NCBI RefSeq assembly: GCF_006345805.1
Contig: NC_043006.1
Location: 95,108,001-95,172,000, forward strand
Origin: Octopus sinensis
Lineage: Eukaryota
Length of the DNA: 64,000 nt
Reading direction: 5' to 3'
The notes below the pieces were generated by a model. The model ran no database searches. It was not told the origin of the DNA and saw only the letters and a program-made list of their open reading frames with translations. A program made the translations under genes and the position numbers. Positions 55,004-64,000 of this stretch are shown here, one piece after another (the stretch's first letter is position 1; every line of letters begins with the position of its first letter).

Positions 55004-55310
55004 GCATGTATGTATGTATTATGTGTGTTTGTTTGCGTGCGTAAGTGTGTGTCTGTGTGAGTGTGTGTACTTTGTTTTGTACGTCTTTTATGCGTCGCCT
55101 TGTGTGCGTCCTTCTTTACCACTTTACAACCGGTGTTGGTGATTTACGTCCCCGTACCGTGGCGGTTCGGCAAATGGGGCCAATATAATAAGTACTAGTT
55201 GTTACAAAGAAACGAACAAAAGTCCTAATGTCGATTCGTTCGACTAAAATTCTTCAAGGTGATGCCCCAGCTTGGCCGCAGTCTAATACCTAAAACCAGT
55301 CAAAGATAAA
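54715..55310 (+). mobile_element. SINE-B with expanded internal (TA)n/(TG)n
   Basis: gtggctgtgtggtaagaagtttgcttc..ggttcagtcccactgcgtggcacc..ggcggttcggcaaa..ttcgactaaaattcttcaaggtgatgccccagcttggccgcagtc. Confidence 0.85.
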
Positions 55311-55824
55311 TCCCTTGAACACTGGAACAGGACCGCCAATGACTCACAGAAGAAACTCAAGCAAATAACTGCAATCTCCGAACCAAAGGTGGGTGGCCTA
55401 CCTTGCTAGTACTCTCCCCTATATACAATCAGTGACAGCTGCTCGTACAACGAGATTTTCTAAAGTGCAACGGAACCATTAAGCTCAAATATTGGAATGG
55501 ATACATGTGTCATTTCTCGCCGACATTAATCATTCGCCACCACGTCGATAAATCTTCTACACGTGTCTGCTCAGTTCGATCCCTTGCATATCTCTCAATT
55601 ATTAAATCTGAGTGTATTCAATGTATTTAATATGTGAGCTTCATAGACAAACACAATTTTCTCATAGTTTGGACAGCCTTACATTTAGTTCTAAGTGACC
55701 TTTCGAAACTTTCCATCGAAGATTGAATTGTTATTTGTAGATTTACATATTACGCGCTTGCGTTCAGTTCCTCTCTCTGTCCTCTGTTTTATTTATGTAT
55801 ATTTAACATTGTTATTCACAGAAG

Positions 55825-56720
55825 CAGCAAGACGGTGAGCTGACTGAATCATTAGTGCGTCACACAAAAGACAAAAGTTGCATTCTTATTGGCTCTTTGC
55901 ATTCTTGGTTCAAGACTCGTCGAAGTTAAGTTTGTCTTTCATTCTTCGGAGATAGACAAAAGAATAGCAATCGAGAATTATGATTGATGCAGCGAACTTG
56001 GTCCCTTCCCAAAATGTCAGGAGAAAGGATTATTTATTGTAAAGCTATTAGAATTGTTAGTGCATCGGGCTAAAAGCTTAACAGTATTGCCTCCGGCTCT
56101 TTACGTCCCGAGTTCAAATCCCACCGAGGTCAAGTTTACCTTTCTTCTCATCAAAGTCGGTAAAAAGAAATATCTGTGAAGGCCATGTTATCTATTTGTC
56201 CGGTGATATCAAAACTGTTGTTCTTTTGTCAGCGTTAGAAAGGAGATTGGTTTCAAATTTTGACACAAAGCCAGCAATTTCGGGGGAGGCGTAAGTCGAT
56301 TACATCGACTCCAATACTCTACCGTTATTTATTTTATCGATCCTGAAAACATAAAAGGCAGCATCGACTCCAGGAGGAATTTGAACTCAGATTATAAAGA
56401 GAGAATGGGTGCTATTAAGCTCTGTTTTTCTGAGGCAGTAACGATTCTGCAAGGTCGCAATCTTAAATGTAAAAAGAGAGAAACAAAAAAAAAATAATCA
56501 TAGTGGCATGGTGCAGGATTAGTAAAATCCTTAATGTAGGGGGAAAATGCTTTGGGAAATTTGTTTCGATTCATGGCATTCTGAGTTCAAATTTCGCCGG
56601 AGTTGAGTTTTTAAAAAATTTTCATATTATAAAGATTAATAAAATAAAGCACTGGAGTCGATGTAATTGATGTTTCTTTTGCTCTAAATCGTTGGCCTTA
56701 TATATTAGAAAACATTTTGC
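55825..56720. mobile_element. Cluster of four old SINE-A copies in both orientations
   Basis: Bodies at about 55825-56010(+), 56050-56170(+; gagttcaaatcccaccgaggtcaag), 56240-56450(-; ggaatttgaactcaga) and 56570-56720(+; ctgagttcaaatttcgccgg). Confidence 0.65.
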
Positions 56721-56916
56721 AAAGTAGATCTCAGTAGTAGTTTTTGTAAGATGGGGGCGAAGGGCAAAAATAGAAACATCGTTTCCTACAGATTTAGAGA
56801 TTGCCTCACAATCTATTTGAATCTACTTATAATTTAAGCCTTATCATTCAATAGTTTGGGTAAAGATTATTTTATTTTGCTTTTGTTAAAATATTCACTC
56901 ACACACACACACACAC

Positions 56917-56953
<37 letters not shown>

Positions 56954-57204
56954 ACACATACATACACACACACATACATAGACATAAGCATGTATGGCTT
57001 TCGGTTTGCCTCCATTTTGGCTGATCCTGAGAAAATTTGCTACCGAGTCACGTGCATTTAAAGAATGTAGAAATGAACAAATATTTATCTCCTTTATTAT
57101 AATAAAAGTATTCATCTTACATAAAAAATTAGCCTACTTATGTCTCCCTTCATGAAGATAATCATTATTGATTACTTAACACATACACACACTCACACAC
57201 TTAC

Positions 57205-57352
57205 ATTGCTCCGTGGTAAGGAATTTGCTTCCGAAACGCTAAGTCCGGGTTCAGTTTCACTGCGTGGCACTTTCGTCCATTGTTATCTACTATAGCCTCG
57301 GGCCAGCCAAAGCTTTGTGAGGGGATTTGGTAAGTGGAATCTGAATAAGTTC

Positions 57353-57395
<43 letters not shown>

Positions 57396-57425
57396 TATGT
57401 CTTTGTGTCTATATTCGTCCTCATC
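57205..57425 (+). mobile_element. SINE-B 5' half
   Basis: gtggtaaggaatttgcttcc..gggttcagtttcactgcgtggcac..ctactatagcctcgggccagccaaagctttgtgag. Confidence 0.75.
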
Positions 57426-57809
57426 ACAACGCTGTTTCGGCCTCGTTGTGTCTCTCTTCTGTCAGCTACTTGCTCCCTCTACACCACCGCTAACGGATCA
57501 AGAGATCTAAGTTAGAGGACTTAGTCATTTGCTTGCTAGTGATGATGACTGTCTCATGAAAATGGTCGCCGTTTCACAATCACCAATGATGGCGGGGCAT
57601 CTGTACGCCATTGAATTTAAATGACAAGAGCTTGTACACCACATTTGTCTATCTCTTGTTCGCCATAGTAGGTTACAAATGACAAGAGTTGAAAGATGAT
57701 TGCCAGAATTTTGACTGTAAGTTTTATGTCAAAGTACTCTTGTTCTGTTGGGTCTGTCTTCCCCAGAGCTTTGTTAAGAACAAGGGGAGTACATATAGCG
57801 CTATTCTTT

Positions 57810-58100
57810 TATTTGTTTCAGTAATTTAACTGCGACTATGCTGAAGCACCGCCTTTAGTCGAACAAATCGAGCCCAGGATTTATTCTTTATAAGCATAGT
57901 ATTTATTTTATTGGTCTCTTTTACCTAACCATTAAGTTACGGGGACGTAAACAGACCAACATTGGTTGTCAAGTGATGTTGTGATTGACAAACACACACA
58001 CACACACAGACACCTGCTCAAGGTGCCACGCAGTGGTATTGGACCCGTAGCTATGTGGTAAACAAGCTACATACTACACAGCCACTCCTGCGCCTATAAA
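57810..58100 (-). mobile_element. SINE-B
   Basis: ttgtttcagtaatttaactgcgactatgctgaagcaccgcctttagtcgaac..ctacacagccactcctgcgcc. Confidence 0.8.
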
Positions 58101-58204
58101 TAATGGCACGTAAATATATGGTTTAAAAATCGCTAGGTTCATATCAGCTTCGAGATCGAATTTCAAAAACAATTCTTTCCTGTTCTCTCGAACGTATATT
58201 AATT

Positions 58205-58505
58205 CTTACGATGTCAACAATATATAGAAAGCCACCCTCCCAGGCACAAGTCCGGGCAAGGTTGTTAATGGAAGGCCAGCAGTCACCCTTGCATACAAGC
58301 CTCCCCTCTCCACGCAACCGATGTTATCCAGGAGAAAGGCAACGGCCGATACACCTTGGCACCTGTGACGTCGCAACTCATTTCAACAGGTGAGTAAAGT
58401 GGAGCTACATATCTTGCCCAAGAACACAACACGCAGCCCAGTCCGGGATTCGAACTCACAAACTCACGATCGTAAGCTCGACGTTCTAACTACTCAGCCA
58501 TGCTC
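58205..58505 (-). mobile_element. tRNA-derived SINE with CORE-like domain (SINE-D)
   Basis: Reverse complement: catggctgagtagttag (A box), gagttcgaatcccgg (B box), gtgttgtgttcttgggcaag..ctgttgaaatgag (CORE-like). A related head fragment lies at 10600-10690(-). Confidence 0.7.
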
Positions 58506-58516
58506 TCACTCTCTCA

Positions 58517-58557
<41 letters not shown>

Positions 58558-58627
58558 AATACATATATACAAATATACAAATACATATATAAATATACAT
58601 ATATATACACATACATACATACACACA

Positions 58628-58658
<31 letters not shown>

Positions 58659-58695
58659 CACACCACACACACACACACCACACACACACACACAC

Positions 58696-58730
<35 letters not shown>

Positions 58731-58731
<1 letters not shown>

Positions 58732-59010
58732 GGTTTCGAATCCAACACTTTATTTCACTAATAGGGCACTCTGTTCTCATTAGTCAAATATAGGGTTGGT
58801 TTCGAAATTCCATCAGAATACCTGATGAAGGCAGGAGAGTACATCAGCTGAAACGGCGAATAAGAACAGAGTACCCCATTACTCATAATAAAAATGTTTG
58901 GCTTCAAAATTCCACCACAACACCTGATGAAGGCTGGAGAGTACATCAGCCGAAAAAATATGGTAACAACAAGCAAGTTGAGGACATCAGCCCGTGCGTT
59001 TTAAATAATG
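58731..59010 (+). mobile_element. Composite hammerhead element (family HH3), copy 1
   Basis: CTGATGA at 58822 and 58924, each followed by aggc(a/t)ggagagtacatcagc(t/c)GAAA; same internal junctions as 62525-62810. Confidence 0.85.
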
Positions 59011-59029
59011 TACGTATACAAATATATAC

Positions 59030-59352
59030 GTTACAACGAGGAGGGTTCCAGTTGATCCAATCAATGGAACAGCCTGCTCATGAAATTATCATTCATGTGG
59101 CTTAACGTAGGGGGAGATTCAGCGTCACATAGAGTGTGGCAAGGCTGGCCCTTTGAAATATAGCTACAAAAGAAACGGAAAGAAAGAGTGAGAAAAAGTT
59201 ATGGTGGAAGTTTACAGCAGGCTTCACCACTCCCTGCCAGACACTCGTGGAGCTTTATTGCTTAATATACACACAAAACACCCGTGCTGGGATTCGAAAC
59301 TGCGGTCCGAAGACCGCTAGTCCGCTGCCTTAACCGTTGGGCCATTGCGCCT
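59030..59352 (-). mobile_element. SINE-C with alternative tail
   Basis: Head (reverse complement) ggcgcaatggcccaacggttaagg..gtttcgaatccc; tail gagggttccagttgatccaatcaatggaacagcctgctc, as at 36121. Confidence 0.8.
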
Positions 59353-59496
59353 AAACACGTACACAAACACACTTATAATATATATATAAATATGTATATA
59401 TATAAAGATATATATATATATATATATATACATATATATATAATTATATATATATATATATGTATATGTATATGTATATATATGTATATATATATA

Positions 59497-59542
<46 letters not shown>

Positions 59543-59543
59543 T

Positions 59544-59750
59544 AAAAGGAAATGAAGAAAATGCTGACAAATAATTGAAGTAATTAAGTAATTTAATTAG
59601 GTGAAAGTTCTTTTTACCGGTTGCGCATTTGTTATGCTTATCAAAATTTTGATAAGCATAACAAATGCGCAACCGGTAAAAAGGACTTTCACCTAATTAA
59701 ATTACTTAAATTACTTCAATTATTTGTCAGCATTTTCTTCATTTCCTTTT
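59544..59750. repeat. Spacer-less palindrome (about 103-bp arms) carrying hammerhead-like motifs, flanked by (TA)n
   Basis: Centre tcaaaa|ttttga (59646/59647); the arms differ by one substitution and one 1-nt indel in the portion compared. Confidence 0.95.
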
Positions 59751-59787
59751 TTATATATCACCACTCGTGTTCGACATCTCCTTTTTT

Positions 59788-59819
<32 letters not shown>

Positions 59820-59827
<8 letters not shown>

Positions 59828-60524
59828 CAGGGCTGGACTGCTAGGTAGTCGGCCGTATGCTAGAAACAGATCATCAACGATGAAACTACAAAGGAAATTC
59901 TCTAGAGGAAAAATTCAGCGAACACCAGAACCAAATTTGGCGGGCAGGACAGATGAAAATTTACATAAAAACAGACTTAAATGCATACCTCGGTTTCGGC
60001 CTTTAACAAAAGAATTACTTACATAATTCAAATGTCCGTGGCTTCATCAGTGCATTCGGTCAGTGTAAATGCAAACCACAAATCTAACCCCAGCTTTCTG
60101 TGCCAAGACAGACACGTGCTTAGTTTTACCAATTACATTAGGGATAACATTTCAAATGTCTTGGTTCTGGCGCGCTAAGAGATTCCTGAAGCGAAGGGAT
60201 GCAATAAATAATTCACTGCGTTTAGTGCTTACTACTAGAGAACGTATTTATTTGAATAATTAAATAATGAGGGAGATAAATTAATATTAATTTTAATATC
60301 AATTTAAAACCAGTAGTCTAGCATACAAAAAATCTGAGAAGTCAGAGAAAATTCTAATATATGTGTATATTGGCAGGGCTGGACTGCTAGGTAGTCGGCC
60401 GTATGCTAGAAACAGATCATCAACGATCAAACTACAAAGGAAATTCTCTAGAGGAAAAATTCAGCGAACACCAGAACCAAATTTGGCGGGCAGGACAGAT
60501 GAAAATTTATATAAAAAACAGACT
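59820..60524 (+). repeat. About 158-bp direct repeat pair (59820-59977 and 60366-60524)
   Basis: tatattggcagggctggactgctaggtagtcggccg..gatgaaaattta(c/t)ataaaaa(a)cagact occurs twice. Confidence 0.92.
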
Positions 60525-60544
60525 CCTCTAGAGAATTTCCTTTG

Positions 60545-60720
60545 GGAATGAATACAGAATGATACCTTTTAGTGAGCACATTGAGAAATGCGCAAAGCAA
60601 CTACTACCACAATTTTTAATCTTTCCATTTTACGAATGTGCTATCGGATCATCAACACAAACTAGACTAAACAACGAAACATTCTTCATTGAAAAGTACA
60701 AGCCCAGACTTAACCATTCC
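60545..60720 (+). mobile_element. Penelope-like GIY-YIG endonuclease C-terminal remnant
   Basis: ORF 60559..60900 begins (EYR)MIPFSEHIEKCAKQLLPQFLIFPFYEC..TRLNNETFFIEKYKPRLN, matching the PLE endonuclease end motif (H..C..F.IFPFY..R..E..FI..YKP.LN). Confidence 0.75.
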
Positions 60721-60881
60721 AACATACTTATACAGAGAAATTCACCCCAAAGGAAAGGAAAAAAGAATTTAAGCGATTATCTCCCTTACACTGGAAGAAA
60801 TCACTTATTACCTCCCCTTATTAAGAACTCTTTTCAACATAAACGTAACGATAACTCTTCTAAACATAAAGATAACGACGT

Positions 60882-60920
60882 AAGAAATTTGAAAAGCTAA
60901 ACGCGAAACCGGTCTTTCTT
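60882..60920 (+). ncRNA. Minimal hammerhead-like motif with U3-A8 core, 3' of the GIY-YIG remnant
   Basis: AAGAAA-U-UUGAAAA-GC uaaac GC-GAAA-CCGG-UC-UUUCUU. Confidence 0.5.
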
Positions 60921-61037
60921 CTAAACTCTGTCATTGTAAGAAAAAAATTTATAATATTCTTCAGACATATTGACTTAAATATATATTCTTTAACCCTTTA
61001 AAACAAGCCTTCTGTAGTTTTTTCACTTTTTACTATT

Positions 61038-61069
<32 letters not shown>

Positions 61070-61520
61070 CAGAGTAAGCACATAAATGCGAAAAATGTGG
61101 AAAAAATAGTCCTCGAATTCCAGACGTAGAGTAATATGCTTTATTAGAAAACCAGCAAAGGCATCACAAAAACTGTTGTGCTTTGGGAACAAAAATAAGG
61201 TGCTATATATGTGCGTGTGTGTGTATGTGTGTTTGTGTGTGTATGTATGTGTGTGTGTATGTGTGTGTAACGAAAGAATTCCAGACAATTGAGATGAGTT
61301 AAAGTAATAAAATAAGAAAAGTAATAAACGAGTGAATAACGAATACATAGTGCGTGTGTTTATTTGGCAAAAAAATGGCCATCCCAAAATACACAATCTA
61401 TATATATATATGTATGTATGTACATATGTAATTATATATATATATGAGTATATATGTATGTATGTATAATATATATATATATAATATATATATATATATG
61501 TATGTATATGTATATGTATA

Positions 61521-61579
<59 letters not shown>

Positions 61580-62419
61580 TATACGCGCACGCGCCGTAAT
61601 GTTTTCAACTTATTCGTCTTAATAAGATTTTATAGTTTCTAATTAATCCACTTTGACCGTTTTCGTTTTGTTTCCAACAAAATATTTTCTAGTGCCATTC
61701 GACACTTCAAGAGCTTCTGTCTATTATATTGTGGTTGAAATGGTTTCAATGTCGCTTGTTACTAATACTGTCTTTTAAATGAGATTTTTCCTAAGAGCAC
61801 TCTTGTGGTTCAATGATGGAGCTATCTGATATCTTGCAGCCATCAGGAAATTATTTGCAATAGTGCTTCGAGGAATTGCCCCTGGGCAACTTTGTTCATT
61901 CGAAGCACACATATGTTAGGATCACACATACGATGAGGCTGGCGATTGGAAATCTCCGATTTAATGAGATGCTCCATGCAATTATTAAACAAAATCACCC
62001 TAGAGTTACGTTGCCAAAAATAAAAACAACGAAGCACGATAAGTCGAAGAATATTATTATTTTTTTTAAATTGGTGATGTAATGTGATAGAGATAATAGT
62101 GATTCTTGCCTTTAACCTCAATTTTCGAAAGTACAGGAAGTATTACGGTTTTATTATATGCATGTCCTCAACGAATTCTATTAAATTTACTTGGTGCCAC
62201 TGGAAACTGATCGATTTAAGCATACATTCTGAGATCACATTGTACCGTGGTCGACTTTGCTTCTCGTCGCTTCGCTTCGAAGTTGATAAAACAAGTAGCA
62301 GTCGGTTGATGCAACGGAAATTGATGGCCTTGTGTCGAAATTTGAAACCGATATACACATTGGGAGAGTGTACACAGTCACATTCAATATAAATATCAAA
62401 GTATGACTGACAGAACATA

Positions 62420-62810
62420 CATATGTTATTTATAATGGACGGATAGGTATTTGCATCATGTTTGGTGTTACCACAACGTTTCGGATGATTTACTCTCTTG
62501 CTTTCATCAGGTGTTCTGGTGAAATTTCGAACCCAATCCTTTATTTGACTAATGGGGTACTCTGTTCTTATAAGTCAAATAAAGAATTGGTTTCGAAATT
62601 CCATCAGAACACCTGATGAAGGCAGGAGAGTACATCAGCCGAAACGGCGAATAAGAACAGAGTACCCCATTAGTCGTAATAAAAAGTTTTGGGTTCAAAA
62701 TTCCACCACAACAACTGATGAAGGCTGGAGAGTTCATCAGCCGAAACGTTGTGGTAACAACAAGCAAGTTGAGAACATCAGTTCGTCCATTTTAAATAAT
62801 GTACATAATT
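62420..62810. mobile_element. Composite hammerhead element (family HH3), copy 2: inverted unit + partial unit + full unit
   Basis: Hammerhead cores at 62504-62510(-), 62613-62619(+) and 62715-62721(+); 62420-62571 is the reverse complement of 62650-62805. Confidence 0.88.
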
Positions 62811-63029
62811 CCTCAAAAATATGACTGAGGGAATATCCATAAACAGAGTAATTATCTTTACAGAGACAAGAAATGATGCTACCTTCGTAATATTGCAAGT
62901 TGATCATCTCCTAATTAAGCAGGTCGTTAATGTCGGACGCTAAAATTATGCTAAGGTATGAAAACATGAGATTAAGTTTGTCGCTAGATATTTTTGACAA
63001 ATATAACTCAGTAACTGCTGGAATTGTTG

Positions 63030-63450
63030 CTATAAACAGGTGTCAGACAAAATGCTTAGCAGCATTTCTTCCGGATGTTTAAAATTTGTGTTCAAATCCC
63101 ATCGAGGGATTCACCCCTTCGCGTTCGATAATCTTAGTACCAGTGAAATAGTTTGGTCTATAATTGTCATTTTACTTGTAACTGCACCTTTTCTGTTTTA
63201 AAACCCATACAAAATTATTTTTGAGTCGTTTTGGCGGGCTGGAAAGGATTAATTATACTTTAGTTAATTTCAATGGGGAAGAATTGATTCGTAAAACGAG
63301 TAAATGTTAAGACGAGCTCGGACATAGAAAGAATTAAACTCGTACTGCGAGGTATCAATGTACTTGCACTTGGGTCCCCCCACACAAAAAAATTTACATT
63401 GTTTTCAGGTCGAATACTAATCCAGATATTGTGTCGAAATTTGATGCTGG
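63030..63450. mobile_element. Two degraded SINE-A copies in opposite orientation
   Basis: aaaatgcttagcagcatttc..gtgttcaaatcccatcgagg (+, about 63050-63150) and aaactcgtactg..ttgtgtcgaaatttga-type remnants (about 63290-63450). Confidence 0.5.
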
Positions 63451-63679
63451 CCATTTACTCTCGTGGTCGTTTCAAATCTTTAATAGCAGGTCATTTGTAC
63501 TATCAGACATAGGGATTTGGAATTCGATTGGTAAAAATGAATGAAAAATTAGCAATAACTATTTTATGATGGGAAGATATCTTAACAAAGCTTTCACTTT
63601 CCTCAAAACAACGGACCATTACACGAGAGCCGCATTATCGGATGCAGTTTTAAGACAAACCTAAAACATACATACATAT

Positions 63680-63865
63680 ACATATGCGTGGTTGAGCGGT
63701 AAGAAGCTTACTTTCCAACCGTATGGTTGCAGGTTCAGTCCCACTATGTGACACACTGGGCATGTGTTTTCTGCTTTAGTCTCGGGCCGTCCAAAGCCTT
63801 GTGAGTGGATTTGGTAGGAGGAAACTGAAAGAAGCATGTCGTATATATAAATATATGTGTGTGTG

Positions 63866-63897
<32 letters not shown>

Positions 63898-64000
63898 CGC
63901 GTGTGTGTGTGTGTATTCTCCCATCACCGCTTAGACAGCCAGTATTGGTGCTTACGTCTCCGGAACTTAGCGGTTCGGCAAAAGTGATCGATAGAATAGG
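63680..64000 (+). mobile_element. SINE-B, runs off window end
   Basis: gcgtggttgagcggtaagaagcttactttccaacc..ggttcagtcccact..ccaaagccttgtgagtggatttggtag..cttagcggttcggcaaaag. Confidence 0.88.

Noticed and set aside
57420-57800. Unexplained higher-complexity stretches (also 13140-13420, 36700-37400, 52400-53200, 55300-55800, 61660-62100) as host exons
   Set aside because: No open frame with recognisable homology or consistent splice-site pairs was found by manual six-frame reading.
58780-58980. CRISPR-like repeat-spacer pattern (also the SINE-A arrays)
   Set aside because: Eukaryotic repeat context, only two units, no cas genes; better explained as tandem hammerhead units and SINE units.
59544-59750. 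Palindromes (also 24167-24452) as assembly artefacts
   Set aside because: The arms carry small substitutions and indels relative to each other and contain ribozyme-like content typical of PLE ends, so they are treated as real pending long-read confirmation.

Overview
AT-rich, microsatellite-dense animal genomic DNA, almost certainly from an octopus-like coleoid cephalopod (inferred from its SINE families and repeat composition). It contains one 100-N scaffold gap. I cannot support any host protein-coding gene, rRNA, tRNA gene or CRISPR array; nearly all ORFs in the track are translations of (TA)n/(CA)n/(GATA)n/(AAT)n/(CTT)n repeats. The window is a transposon graveyard. It holds: a near full-length but disabled Tx1-like (L1-clade) LINE (30.5-35.4 kb) plus three shorter relatives, three of the four copies abutting (TATC)n arrays; two convergent HERO-like (R2-superfamily) RT fragments; three Penelope-like (PLE) protein remnants (RT thumb, linker, GIY-YIG); CR1-like 3' ends; a dead mariner; two MITEs; a probable hAT remnant; and dozens of tRNA-derived SINEs. 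Two hidden systems stand out. (1) About 13 hammerhead-ribozyme-like motifs in four sequence families, mostly in fold-back or inverted-repeat elements next to (TA)n. They include one fully canonical core (24228-24312, minus), a three-hammerhead composite element present twice, and apparent U3-A8 covariant cores. (2) A Tx1-like LINE apparently targeting (TATC)n, whose terminal 41 nt (33/41 ungapped identity) form the tail of a SINE variant that builds head-to-tail arrays inside its own family.
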